A DNA stretch of 64,000 nucleotides from an uncultured Eubacteriales bacterium (lineage in GTDB: Bacteria > Bacillota > Clostridia > TANB77 > UBA1234), in contig CAZNFG010000002.1 of NCBI GenBank assembly GCA_964572605.1, forward strand, positions 26,895 to 90,894. The letters are read 5' to 3'. The notes beneath the pieces are model-generated. The model had not been told where the DNA came from, ran no database searches, and was given only the letters and a program-made list of their open reading frames with translations. The position numbers were made by a program, and so were the translations under genes. Shown here in pieces: positions 39,527-49,633 of this stretch. Numbering within the stretch: position 1 is the first letter of the stretch; every line of letters starts with the position of its first letter.

Positions 39527-41010
39527 AGATAAAAGTTGATTATGTTACGAATTCATCTAGTGAAGTTTTTGGAGTTGTTGCAGGAGAAAGTGCCGTGGCT
39601 TCAGGACTTGTTGGAACACTTATAACTTTAATGAAAGGATGCAAAAATTCAAGTGAAGGTATTAGTGGAGAAAACATTCAAACAGATGGTATCGTTATCG
39701 ATTCTACTGAAGCAGCAGAACAACTTGCACAAGCCGCTATTGATGATGCAAAAAGACAAGAAGATATTATAAAGGATGCATATAAGGAAGCTGGTGATAC
39801 TTTAGATTCTGCTAAAAAAACTCTTGAAGAAGAATTAGAAGAATGCAAAAAAGCATGGGAAGAATCTGATAAAACTGCAGACAAAACAGATCCAGGGTAT
39901 GAGAAAGTTAATGAACAGTACAAAGAATATATTGAATATTTAAATTCTCAAATTAAAAAAACAGAATATCAAAAGCAAATGATAGATTATGAAAAAGCCA
40001 AAAAACAGGAAGAACTAGACTCAAAAAATGAATGGGTGACGCAACAACAAAAAGACTATATTGCAGTAAAAGAAGAAAAGGCTATGCTTGAGGCAGTTAA
40101 AAAAGGTTACAATAAACCTGGGTACAATACTGATGCGGTAAAAATAAGACTTGAACAATTAGAACAAAGAGAAAAAGAATTATCTGATACACTAAGCAAA
40201 AATGATGCAAGTTTTGAGTATACTGCAAAAGATAGAGGTACGATTGGTCCTTCGAAAGAGTCACAAGAATTAAGCGAAAAAATAGCTGCAGAAAGAGAAA
40301 GACTTGAGACTGCAAAAAAAGAATCGAATGATAAGAGAAGAAAAGAAATTGAAGCTAGTATGGAAAAAGACATAGAAGAATACAAAGCGCAAATTAAAAA
40401 AGCAAATAGGTATGATATCGCAACAAAGGCTGCAGAGGGAACTCAATTCGGTGCAGATCTTGCAATCGAAGGATTGTCTTATGTTACTGGTCCTGCAGGA
40501 CAGAAAATAAAGCTTGCATATACTGCAGGAAAAAATATAGGAAGTGGTATGGGAGAAGGAATGGCCGATCCTAAAAATGCTGCGAAACATTTGGCAAAAG
40601 GAATATTAAATGCTGGAACAGAGGTATTAAAAGATAAATTTGGAGATGATAAACCATGGCAGGCAGCTGCAACAGAGATATTAAATGAGGGACTTCAAAG
40701 TGGTCTTGACGCTTCTATTCAAGGAAAAGATGTTGTAGATGCAATGGGCAAAGGACTTACTAAAGGTGTGGTTAACGTTGGAACAGATAAAGCATTAGAT
40801 GCGATTAAAGGAAAACTACCAATACCTAAAGGATCTTCAGTAGATGTTCATGACTATAGTGTTGGTAAAATATTAAATAATAACCCACTTACTAAAGGAA
40901 TTTTAAAAACAGGTACAAGAGAAGTCGTAGGATCTCAAATCAAGGATGCCATAAAGGGAGGCGTTGTGGATAAATTAGGTAAAGAGGGTGGATTCATAGA
41001 CGAAGAATAA
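39523..41010 (+). CDS. hypothetical 495-aa protein: N-terminal hydrophobic segment, long Glu/Lys-rich coiled coil, C-terminal Gly/Lys-rich amphipathic repeats
   Basis: Translationally coupled to the SPASM gene (gtATGAag). Carries repeats KGILNAGTEVLKDKF, KGLTKGVVNVGTDKALDAIKGKL and KGILKTGTREVVGSQIKDAIKGG. Confidence 0.5.
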   Translation: MKIKVDYVTNSSSEVFGVVAGESAVASGLVGTLITLMKGCKNSSEGISGENIQTDGIVIDSTEAAEQLAQAAIDDAKRQEDIIKDAYKEAGDTLDSAKKTLEEELEECKKAWEESDKTADKTDPGYEKVNEQYKEYIEYLNSQIKKTEYQKQMIDYEKAKKQEELDSKNEWVTQQQKDYIAVKEEKAMLEAVKKGYNKPGYNTDAVKIRLEQLEQREKELSDTLSKNDASFEYTAKDRGTIGPSKESQELSEKIAAERERLETAKKESNDKRRKEIEASMEKDIEEYKAQIKKANRYDIATKAAEGTQFGADLAIEGLSYVTGPAGQKIKLAYTAGKNIGSGMGEGMADPKNAAKHLAKGILNAGTEVLKDKFGDDKPWQAAATEILNEGLQSGLDASIQGKDVVDAMGKGLTKGVVNVGTDKALDAIKGKLPIPKGSSVDVHDYSVGKILNNNPLTKGILKTGTREVVGSQIKDAIKGGVVDKLGKEGGFIDEE

Positions 41011-41094
41011 ATATTTTTAAGTATATATATATGAAGATATAGAATTAAAATTTTTATTTACTTTTTCTATAATTTGCAGTATAATACGTTATAT

Positions 41095-41372
41095 TATTAA
41101 TTAAAGCGATGAACAAGAGGAGTAAGTTTAAGAGGCATAAAGAGAGGAAAAGTTATAGGTTGAGAGCTTTTCTATGAATTTTTTCTTAAGCTAAAGGTAG
41201 CTTGTGAGCAGTGTAACAGAATGTATATAATTACGTAGTAAGTTACAACGAATGACATGCGTTAAATGTTTTAAGACAAAAATATTTTTTAAAGTACTGT
41301 TATATTTTTGTAAATTAAGGTGGTAACACGAGCAAATTCGTCCTTTGGGATTTAATTTGCTCGTTTTTTTTT
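41095..41372 (+). promoter_or_regulatory. T-box riboswitch leader (valine-specific by context) with terminator
   Basis: T-box sequence aaattaaggtggtaacacgag overlaps the terminator gagcaaattcgtcctttgggatttaatttgctcgttttttttt. GUA lies in a candidate specifier loop (cagtgtaacag). Upstream of valS. Confidence 0.7.
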
Positions 41373-41399
41373 CATATAATTAGAAAGGAAAGATAAGAT

Positions 41400-41643
41400 A
41401 TGCTAGGTGCAATTATACGGATCATTAATTTTACTTGTAGGATTATGTTTAATATTTGATTCAAGAACAATCGTAAAAAAATATTTAAATTTCGGCGAAG
41501 AAAACAATTCCGTTTTAGGCTTAAAAATACTAGGATTTATAATTGTTTTAGTTGGAGGATTAATATTAACTACTGCAAATATTAAACCTAATGAAAATTT
41601 AGAAAATGAAAATCTAGAAAAGATAGAGGGGGAAAATAAATAA
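41400..41643 (+). CDS. small two-TM membrane protein in the valS leader; frame interrupted at CGG 41418-41420
   Basis: ATG 41400 with RBS aaaggaaag gives MLGAII then cgg. The +1 frame GGA gives GSLILLVGLCLIFDSR... Its stop overlaps the valS start. Confidence 0.5.
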
Positions 41644-44264
41644 TGAATATATTAGGCAAAACATATGAACCAAAAGATTTTGAACAAAGAATTTACGACA
41701 ACTGGATGGAAAAAAGATATTTTGAAGCAAACAATAAAAGTGATAAAAAACCATTTACTATTGTTATGCCTCCTCCAAATATAACAGGTGCATTACACAT
41801 GGGACATGGTATGGATAATACACTTCAAGATATTATTATAAGATATAAGAGGATGCAAGGATTTGAAACTCTTTGGGTTCCAGGAGTTGACCATGCTAGT
41901 ATCGCAACAGAAGCAAAAATAGTTGCTAAAATGAAACAAGAAGGAATCACAAAAGAAGACATAGGCAGAGAAAAGTTTTTAGAAAGAGCATGGGCATGGA
42001 AAGAAGAATATGGTGGAACAATTCTAAATCAATTAAAGAAGATGGGTGTATCTTGCGATTGGACAAGAGAAAGTTTTACCATGGATGAAAATCTAACAAG
42101 AGCTGTTAAAAGAGTATTTATAGAATTATATAAAAAAAGTGCTATATATAAAGGCGAAAGAATGATTAACTGGTGCCCAACATGTTTAACTTCAATATCT
42201 GATGCAGAGGTTGAATATGAAGAAGAACCTGGACACTTATGGCATATAGCATACAAGACACCTGATGGTAAAGATAAAATAATTGTTGCAACAACAAGAC
42301 CGGAAACAATGCTTGGAGATACAGCGGTTGCAGTACATCCAGATGATGAAAGATACACACATTTGATTGGAAAAAAAGTTATACTTCCGATTATGAATAA
42401 AGAAATTCCAATTATAGCAGATACATATGTTGAAAAAGATTTTGGAACAGGTGCTGTTAAAATCACACCAGCACATGATCCTAATGATTTTGAAGTAGGG
42501 CTTCGTCATAACTTAGAAGTAATAAAAGTATTTACAGATGATGCACATATGAATAGTTTGGCACCTAAGTATGAAGGTATGGACAGATTAACTGCAAGAA
42601 AAGCAATAGTTGAAGATTTAGAAAAAGGTGGTTTTTTAGTAAAAACAGAAAACTATTCTCATAATGTTGGTAAGTGTTATCGCTGTCATAACTCTATTGA
42701 ACCTACTGTATCTCTTCAATGGTTTGTAAAGATGCAAGAATTGGCAAAACCTGCAAATGATGCTGTAAGAAATGGCGATATGAAATTTGTACCAGAAAGA
42801 TTTGATAAAACATATTTTAGTTTCATGGATAATATACGTGATTGGTGCATATCGAGACAATTATGGTGGGGACATAGAATCCCAGCATATTATTGTAATG
42901 ATTGTGGTGAAATGGTTGTATCAGAAAAAGAAGAAACAGTATGTCCAAAATGCAAAGGAAAAATGCATCAAGATAATGATACATTAGACACATGGTTTAG
43001 TTCGGCATTGTGGCCATTTGCAACTCTTGGTTGGCCAGAAAAAACATTAGACTTTGAAAAGTTTTTCCCAACTAATGTTTTAGTTACAGGTTATGATATA
43101 ATTTTCTTCTGGGTTGCAAGAATGTTGTTTTCTAGCTTAGAGTTTACAGGTAAAGTTCCGTTCACGGATGTATTAATGCATGGATTAGTAAGAGATGAAT
43201 TGGGAAGAAAAATGTCAAAGTCACTTGGTAATGGAGTAGATCCTTTAGATGTAATAAATAGATACGGTGCAGACTCATTTAGATTTTCACTTATTCAAGG
43301 TACCACAGCTGGAAATGATACAAGATATTTACCAGAAAAATTAGAAGTTGGTAGAAACTTTGCAAATAAACTTTGGAATGCATCAAGATTTGCTATGATG
43401 AATTTTGGTGAAGGTAATATCTCTTTTAACGAATCAAAACTTACATTAGAAGATAAGTGGATATTGGGTAAAGCAAATACTGCAACAAAAGAAATTACAG
43501 ATTGTATGGAAAGATATGATTTCGGTATAGCACTACAAAAAATAATGGAATTAATTCGTGATGAAATTTGTGATTGGTATATTGAGATGATTAAACCAAG
43601 ACTATATGATATGACAAATGAAACAAGAAACGAAGCTCTATATACATTAAATGAAGTGTTAAAAATATCTCTTAAATTATTACATCCGTTTATGCCGTTT
43701 ATAACAGAAGAAATATATATGAATTTAAAACATAATGATGAAAGTATTATGATTTCAAAATGGCCAGAATATAATACAGAAAAAGAATATAAAAAAGAAA
43801 AAGAAGAAATTGAAATCATAAAGGAAATAATAAAAGGAGTTAGAAATATTAGAGCAAATATGAATGTTGTACCATCTAGAAAATCAAGCTTAATATTTGT
43901 TACAAAAAATAAAGAAACAATAGAAGAAGGAAAATCATTCTTAGAAAAATTAGCATATGCAGATGAAATAATAGTAAAAGATAGTAAAGTTGGTATACCA
44001 GAAAATGCGATTTCACTTGCAGCACCAGGAATGGAAATATTTATTCCATTTAATGAACTAATAGATATATCTGCAGAAATTGAAAGATTAGAAAAAGAAG
44101 AATTAACATATAAAAATGAAATAGCAAGAGTAGAGAAAATGTTATCTAATGAAGGTTTTGTTGCAAAAGCACCAAAAGAAAAAATAGAAGAAGAAAATGC
44201 AAAAAAAATAAAGTATGAAGAGCTACTTAAGAAAACAGAAGCTAGAATAAAAGAATTAAAATAA
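41643..44264 (+). CDS. valS: valine--tRNA ligase ValS
   Basis: HIGH motif PPPNITGALHMGHG, KMSKS motif, editing domain and a C-terminal coiled coil. 873 aa. Confidence 0.95.
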   Translation: MNILGKTYEPKDFEQRIYDNWMEKRYFEANNKSDKKPFTIVMPPPNITGALHMGHGMDNTLQDIIIRYKRMQGFETLWVPGVDHASIATEAKIVAKMKQEGITKEDIGREKFLERAWAWKEEYGGTILNQLKKMGVSCDWTRESFTMDENLTRAVKRVFIELYKKSAIYKGERMINWCPTCLTSISDAEVEYEEEPGHLWHIAYKTPDGKDKIIVATTRPETMLGDTAVAVHPDDERYTHLIGKKVILPIMNKEIPIIADTYVEKDFGTGAVKITPAHDPNDFEVGLRHNLEVIKVFTDDAHMNSLAPKYEGMDRLTARKAIVEDLEKGGFLVKTENYSHNVGKCYRCHNSIEPTVSLQWFVKMQELAKPANDAVRNGDMKFVPERFDKTYFSFMDNIRDWCISRQLWWGHRIPAYYCNDCGEMVVSEKEETVCPKCKGKMHQDNDTLDTWFSSALWPFATLGWPEKTLDFEKFFPTNVLVTGYDIIFFWVARMLFSSLEFTGKVPFTDVLMHGLVRDELGRKMSKSLGNGVDPLDVINRYGADSFRFSLIQGTTAGNDTRYLPEKLEVGRNFANKLWNASRFAMMNFGEGNISFNESKLTLEDKWILGKANTATKEITDCMERYDFGIALQKIMELIRDEICDWYIEMIKPRLYDMTNETRNEALYTLNEVLKISLKLLHPFMPFITEEIYMNLKHNDESIMISKWPEYNTEKEYKKEKEEIEIIKEIIKGVRNIRANMNVVPSRKSSLIFVTKNKETIEEGKSFLEKLAYADEIIVKDSKVGIPENAISLAAPGMEIFIPFNELIDISAEIERLEKEELTYKNEIARVEKMLSNEGFVAKAPKEKIEEENAKKIKYEELLKKTEARIKELK

Positions 44265-44267
44265 AAA

Positions 44268-44296
44268 AGACCTCGATACAAAAAAGTATCGAGGTT
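44268..44296. terminator. bidirectional Rho-independent terminator between valS (+) and the minus-strand ORF
   Basis: acctcgata-caaaaaag-tatcgaggt, with A-tracts and T-tracts on either side. Confidence 0.75.
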
Positions 44297-44304
44297 GTTT
44301 CTTA

Positions 44305-44637
44305 TTATTTTGTTACCAGTTTTGCAAGTGTTGATCTTATCATTATGCGACTCAATGAATCATCAAGCAAATAATGCGCTTGCGGGGTAGAGATAATCTC
44401 GAAGCACGCCAATTGGTTTACAAGATGTTCTTCAGCTCGACCTTCATTGTAAGAAAATCTGATGTTACCGGCTTCAATTTGAGACCTCAGTTCTTTGAGA
44501 TTAAAGATCTCTTTTAAGCTCGGATTACCAGATTGGGCATAACGAGAGAAGACTTTGTCGAAAGCACGAATCACATTATTTTGATCATCCCAGGGATTTT
44601 TGAAGGTTTCAACTTTTAGTTCGGCATGGAAATTCAT
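44305..44637 (-). CDS. hypothetical protein (110 aa), GC-richer
   Basis: ORF with no recognisable motif. Atypical composition. Confidence 0.45.
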   Translation of the reverse strand: MNFHAELKVETFKNPWDDQNNVIRAFDKVFSRYAQSGNPSLKEIFNLKELRSQIEAGNIRFSYNEGRAEEHLVNQLACFEIISTPQAHYLLDDSLSRIMIRSTLAKLVTK

Positions 44638-44772
44638 TAGACATATTCCTTCCTTATATAATTTTTATTGACCTTTAATAGTATAACACAAGTTAACATA
44701 AGTGTAAATAGTAAAAAACGCATATCTATTACGTCTTGCGACAGTAAAGAAAATGCGTTTTTTGTGGATCAG

Positions 44773-44949
44773 TTATATAAAATAACTGATAATGCATAGC
44801 AAAATCACAATTGCGACAATTGCCCGGGCGGTTTTGTATATTGTTTCTCCAAGCCTACCAGGCAGAATACCAAGAAAAACAAGAATTGCCCAACGAGCCA
44901 CTTTGAAGAAAACATACCCACCCAATACCAACATGATTATTCCTACCAT
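44773..44949 (-). CDS. small hydrophobic membrane protein (58 aa), not in the ORF track
   Basis: RBS ggagg 8 nt before the ATG. MVGIIMLVLGGYVFFKVARWAILVFLGILPGRLGETIYKTARAIVAIVILLCIISYFI. A terminator hairpin aacgcat...atgcgtttttt lies downstream. Confidence 0.45.
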   Translation of the reverse strand: MVGIIMLVLGGYVFFKVARWAILVFLGILPGRLGETIYKTARAIVAIVILLCIISYFI

Positions 44950-45179
44950 GTCAATATACCTCCTAAAAAATTATTAACATAATTATAACATATAAAGTAG
45001 TTTATTTCAATAAAATGGTATGTTATTGACAAATTATGGCAAATTTGTAATTAAGTTGTTAACAAACGAGCATAAAAAATAAGAAAAATTAACAAAATGT
45101 TAAATTTTAGCAGGATTTTTAAAATGAGTGTCGAATATGTATACTTAGAAGTTTATTTTACAAAAGATGAGGATAAAAA

Positions 45180-45458
45180 ATGAAAAAATTTTTTAGTAAG
45201 TTGTTTTCAACACTAGCTATGATGCTTATAGTGTTATATGTGTCATGCGTACTTATCAAACAGGAAAGTAAATTGAATAGTTTATCAGGTGAGGCAAAAC
45301 AGTATAATGCTATGCTAGATGAGGCTAATATGGAGACGGAAAATCTTAGAGAAAAGCTAAGCAAAGTAAATACTGATGAATATATCGAAAAATATGCGCG
45401 CGAAAAATTAGGGCTAGTTATGCCATATGAAACGATATTTGTTGACGCTAATATATAA
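45180..45458 (+). CDS. septum formation initiator family protein (FtsB/DivIC-like)
   Basis: 92-aa product with an N-terminal TM helix and a coiled coil. Terminator at 45465-45500. Confidence 0.6.
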   Translation: MKKFFSKLFSTLAMMLIVLYVSCVLIKQESKLNSLSGEAKQYNAMLDEANMETENLREKLSKVNTDEYIEKYAREKLGLVMPYETIFVDANI

Positions 45459-45627
45459 AATTAGAGCGAAGTATTTTTAGATGCTTCGCTTTTTGTTTTT
45501 CAAATAAATAAAAGATCAGCTAAAGTATTAAGGGAAGCGACATAAGTATTGACTAGTATCAATATTTGTTGTAAAATCATAGACGTAAAAACGTAGGATT
45601 TTAGAATCCAAAGGAGGAAGTTTTTTT

Positions 45628-46039
45628 ATGCCAGTTCAAGTTGGCGACATAATAGAAGGAAAAGTTACAGATATAATGAACTACGGGGTTTTTATAAAGC
45701 TTAATGATGGAAAAAGTCGGACTAGTTCATATTTCGGAAGTATCTAGAGACTATGTCGAAGATATACACACAGTCCTAAAAGTAGGAGATAGTGTGAAAG
45801 TAAAAGTACTTTCAATTGATGAAAAAGGAAAAATAGCACTTTCAGTCAAAAAGGCATTACCAATGCCTGAAAGAAGAAACGAACGCCCAAGAGGAGCGTC
45901 GGAAAGAGGTGAGCAAGCACCTACAGAAACTAGTAAGTTAGATGATATGCTATCAAAATTTTTAAAAGATAGTGATGAAAAACAGTTATATCTAAAAAAG
46001 AATATTGATTCAAAAAGAGGCTGTTCAAAGAGACGTTAA
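45628..46039 (+). CDS. S1-domain RNA-binding protein (YugI/GSP13-like); frame interrupted at CGG 45718-45720
   Basis: MPVQVGDIIEGKVTDIMNYGVFIKLNDGKS, then cgg. The +1 frame GGA gives GLVHISEVSRDYVEDIHTVLKVGDSVKVKVLSIDEKGKIALS. An alternative fix is the A5 run at 45711-45715. Confidence 0.7.
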
Positions 46040-46132
46040 AATCTAAAAATTTTATTCTAATTCTGGGTAATCGTTAAGATTACCCAGAAATCGATTACAA
46101 TTCCATTAAAATTAAATATAAAGGAGAAAAAT

Positions 46133-47458
46133 ATGGGGGAAGAATTAAATTCATTGTCTCTCATTGACTTGCGTGAACTTGGAAAATCTAAAGGGCTTAA
46201 AAATTTAAGTAAGCTAAATAAAGAAGATTTGATTAAGGTTATTATAGACGCAAGCAAAGAGGTTAAGAATGAAGAATTAGAAAAAGAAGCAAAAGAAATT
46301 GACCAACAAGAGGTAAAAAAATTAGAACTTGAAGGTGCAACTTTAAATAGTAAAGACGATTTTGTAGTCGAAGGTGTATTAGAAGTGTTACCCGATGGAT
46401 TTGGTTTTTTAAGGGGAGAGAACTATTTATCTACACCAAAAGATGTATATGTTTCACCTGTTCAAATAAGAAGATTTAGATTAGACACAGGAGATAAAGT
46501 AAAAGGAATTAGTAGACTTCCAAAAGAAACCGAGAGATTCCCAGCGCTTATATACGTTAATACGGTAAATGGTGATGCACCGGAAGTAGCTATGAAAAGA
46601 AAAAGTTTTGATGATTTAACACCAATATTTCCAAATAAAAGAATGCATGTAGAAACCGAACCGACAGAATATGCGAATAGAATAATAGATTTAATGGCAC
46701 CAATAGGGTTTGGACAAAGAGGAATGATAGTATCACCTCCAAAAGTAGGTAAAACAACTTTATTAAAGAAACTTGCAAATAGTATAATGGAAAATCATCC
46801 AAACGTAGAATTAATAGTTCTTTTAATAGATGAAAGACCAGAAGAAGTTACAGATATGAAGCGTTCAATAAAAGGAGATGTAATATACTCAACTTTTGAT
46901 GAGCTACCTGAACATCATGTAAAAGTAGCTGAAATAGTACTAGAAAGAGCAAAGAGATTAGTAGAGCATAAAAAAGATGTAGTTATTTTATTAGACAGTA
47001 TAACAAGACTTGCAAGAGCATATAACCTAGTTATTCCATCATCAGGAAGAACATTATCTGGAGGATTTGATCCATCAGCACTTCATAAGCCAAAGAGATT
47101 TTTTGGTGCAGCAAGAAATATAGAAGAAGGCGGAAGTCTTACAATACTTGCAACAGCGTTAATAGATACCGGAAGTAGAATGGATGAGGTTATATTTGAA
47201 GAATTTAAAGGAACCGGTAATATGGAAGTTCATTTAGATAGAAGATTGTCTGAAAAGAGAATATTCCCAGCAATAGATATAAACAAATCTGGAACAAGAA
47301 AAGAAGAATTGTTATTATCTACAAAAGAATTAGAAATAGTATGGAAGCTTAGAAAAGCATTAAACGAAGGAAATGTAGCTAATGTAACGGAAAATCTAAT
47401 TAGACTTGTAACATCGACAAAAACTAATGAAGAACTATTGGAAAAAATAAGATTATAA
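46133..47458 (+). CDS. rho: transcription termination factor Rho
   Basis: Rho_N domain, CSD-like RNA-binding domain, Walker [18 protein letters not shown] and R loops. 441 aa. Confidence 0.9.
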   Translation: MGEELNSLSLIDLRELGKSKGLKNLSKLNKEDLIKVIIDASKEVKNEELEKEAKEIDQQEVKKLELEGATLNSKDDFVVEGVLEVLPDGFGFLRGENYLSTPKDVYVSPVQIRRFRLDTGDKVKGISRLPKETERFPALIYVNTVNGDAPEVAMKRKSFDDLTPIFPNKRMHVETEPTEYANRIIDLMAPIGFGQRGMIVSPPKVGKTTLLKKLANSIMENHPNVELIVLLIDERPEEVTDMKRSIKGDVIYSTFDELPEHHVKVAEIVLERAKRLVEHKKDVVILLDSITRLARAYNLVIPSSGRTLSGGFDPSALHKPKRFFGAARNIEEGGSLTILATALIDTGSRMDEVIFEEFKGTGNMEVHLDRRLSEKRIFPAIDINKSGTRKEELLLSTKELEIVWKLRKALNEGNVANVTENLIRLVTSTKTNEELLEKIRL

Positions 47459-47584
47459 TAGAAAAAAACAAAGTTAGTTTTCAAAAATTTCTAGGTTGAT
47501 TTTACATAATATTTAAGTTATAATATAAAAAGTTAAAGAACTGTTGTAACTAGACAACCTGTTATTACAGAAAGGGAAAAAGAC

Positions 47585-48193
47585 ATGAAGCAAGCTAATC
47601 AGTTTACCCGGAAAGAAGTGTCTAGGATAGCAAATGAATATGCTGGATCTGAAGGAGAATACTCGGCAAGTTATTTTTGCGAACATTATGAAGCAACAGA
47701 GAGTACGTTCTATAGTGTACTTAAGAAAGCTGTAGTTGAAGGTATCGTAGGAATGGAAACAGCAAAACGAATTGCTAAAAAATCTGCCGAAAACTCTGAA
47801 GAACATGGGGGAAAGGGCGGCAAAGTACGTTCAGAAAAGGCATATAAGCACTATTTTATGCTTAGAAAGTACTTTAAGTTTACCAAAATGGAAGCAATCG
47901 CTCTTGCGAGGGAATATGCAGAATCTCCAATGACTGTAGCTGAGTTTTGTAGAAAGAACTTTATTGCGGAACGGAAACTTTTCGACCAAACGCTTAGTAA
48001 TGCTATAACTGAAGGTTGGGTATCTGACATAACGGTAAACAAACTTCGCAAAAAGGCAGTATCCTTACATGGCCAAAGAGCAGAAGAATTTTTCAATATG
48101 CTCTGTGATAAGCGGGCTGAAAGAAAAGCTGAAAAGCTTGACTTTGAAAGAAGAAAGCGCAAAATGAAGAAAGAAGCTGTTACAGAGGAATAA
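47585..48193 (+). CDS. hypothetical protein with two internal repeats of a helix-rich module; GC-richer
   Basis: The repeats RKEVSRIANEYAGSEGEYSASYFCEHYEATESTFYSVLKKAVVEGIVGMETAKRI and TKMEAIALAREYAESPMTVAEFCRKNFIAERKLFDQTLSNAITEGWVSDITVNKL resemble each other. In-frame CGG at 47609, 47957 and 48115. Confidence 0.5.
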   Translation: MKQANQFTRKEVSRIANEYAGSEGEYSASYFCEHYEATESTFYSVLKKAVVEGIVGMETAKRIAKKSAENSEEHGGKGGKVRSEKAYKHYFMLRKYFKFTKMEAIALAREYAESPMTVAEFCRKNFIAERKLFDQTLSNAITEGWVSDITVNKLRKKAVSLHGQRAEEFFNMLCDKRAERKAEKLDFERRKRKMKKEAVTEE

Positions 48194-48339
48194 AACGTAA
48201 AAAGGCGAGTGATCCACTAAAATGGACCACTCTTCTTTTTTTAAAATAGACTTGCAAAGCCCTAAAAATTATGCTATTATGTTTAAGCATGAGTTTGTTA
48301 TAAAATATTATATATAGATAACTCGCGGGTAAGGAAGAG

Positions 48340-48552
48340 GTGAAGAAGATGAAACAAGGAATACATCCAGAGTACAAAGAGGCTACAATTAAATGTGGTT
48401 GTGGAAATGTTATAAAAGTTGGATCAACAAAAGAGGATATGTCTGTCGAGGTATGTTCAAAATGTCATCCTTTTTATACGGGTAACCAAAAATATCAAGC
48501 TGCTGGTGGAAGAATCGAGCAATTTAAGAAAAAGTATGGAATTAAAGACTAA
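48340..48552 (+). CDS. rpmE: 50S ribosomal protein L31 (Zn-ribbon type)
   Basis: [48 protein letters not shown] ggaagagg. Confidence 0.9.
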   Translation: MKKMKQGIHPEYKEATIKCGCGNVIKVGSTKEDMSVEVCSKCHPFYTGNQKYQAAGGRIEQFKKKYGIKD

Positions 48553-48567
48553 TAAAAAAGAGGTCGA

Positions 48568-48638
48568 TGACGAGAGGGACGTTCCTATTTGTCAATTTCT
48601 TATGAAAGAAATTGACAAATAGGAACGTCCCTCTTGTC
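48568..48638. repeat. 32-bp near-perfect inverted repeat (1 mismatch) with 6-nt loop downstream of rpmE
   Basis: gacgagagggacgttcctatttgtcaatttct-tatgaa-agaaattgacaaataggaacgtccctcttgtc. Confidence 0.7.
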
Positions 48639-48703
48639 AAAATGCTTTTGTTGCATAGATTTTAATTTTACTATATAATACGTAAATAGAGGTGAAAAAT
48701 ATA

Positions 48704-49633
48704 ATGAATGAGAAGAAAATGACATCCATCGGAGGTCAAGCTGTAATAGAAGGTGTTATGATGCGTGGCCCATACAAGATTGCAATTGCAGTAAGAAAAC
48801 CTGATGGTGAAATTATTATAGATGAAAAAGAAACAAAAAAGAAAAATAAGTTTTTTAAAACTCCAATAATTAGAGGAGTTTTCGCTTTTTTTGATTCAAT
48901 GATTACTGGAGTTAGGGCGCTAACATTTTCAGCAAAGTTTTTTGATATCGAGGAAGAAGAGGATAAAGACAAGAAAAATAAGAAAGATAAAAATAAAGAA
49001 AAAGATGGAACAATGCCAGACTGGGCAATTTTTTTATCTATCTTTGTTTCGCTAATTATAAGTATTGGTTTATTTATCATATTGCCAAACTTAGTTGCTG
49101 AATTTATTGTACCAAATAAAATTGAAAATAGTGTTCTATATAATTTTGTTGAAAGTATTATAAAACTTGTTATTTTTTTTGGATATATAGTTTTGGTTTC
49201 TCAAATGAAAGATATAAAAAGAGTTTTTGAATATCATGGTGCTGAACATAAAAGTATTTTTTGTTATGAAAATGCTGAAGAATTAACAGTAGAAAATGTT
49301 AAGAAATATTCAAGATTTCATCCAAGATGTGGTACTAGCTTTTTATTATTTGTAATAATAGTAAGCATGTTAGTATTTTCTTTACTTGGTGTATATGAAA
49401 ATCCATTTATAAATATTGGTTTAAGACTTTTATTCTTACCGCTTGTTGCAGGAATATCTTATGAGATAATTAAGCTTGCTGGCAAAAGTAAAAATAAATT
49501 TATTACATGGCTAAATGCACCTGGAAAATGGCTTCAAAGATTTACAACAAGAGAACCAGATGATAGCCAAATAGAAGTTGCAATAGCATCACTAAAGGCG
49601 GTTATACCGGAAAATGGAGAAGATAAATGGTAA
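48704..49633 (+). CDS. DUF1385-family membrane protein (conserved partner of prmC in Firmicutes)
   Basis: MTSIGGQAVIEGVMMRG motif, and an HGAEHK metal-binding-like motif. Overlaps prmC. RBS gaggtg. Confidence 0.65.
   Translation: MNEKKMTSIGGQAVIEGVMMRGPYKIAIAVRKPDGEIIIDEKETKKKNKFFKTPIIRGVFAFFDSMITGVRALTFSAKFFDIEEEEDKDKKNKKDKNKEKDGTMPDWAIFLSIFVSLIISIGLFIILPNLVAEFIVPNKIENSVLYNFVESIIKLVIFFGYIVLVSQMKDIKRVFEYHGAEHKSIFCYENAEELTVENVKKYSRFHPRCGTSFLLFVIIVSMLVFSLLGVYENPFINIGLRLLFLPLVAGISYEIIKLAGKSKNKFITWLNAPGKWLQRFTTREPDDSQIEVAIASLKAVIPENGEDKW

Noticed and set aside
48195-48240. Intrinsic terminator after ORF 47585
   Set aside because: Partial complementarity is present (gagtgatccac / gtggaccactc), but the stem is imperfect. 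It is left unannotated for lack of confidence.
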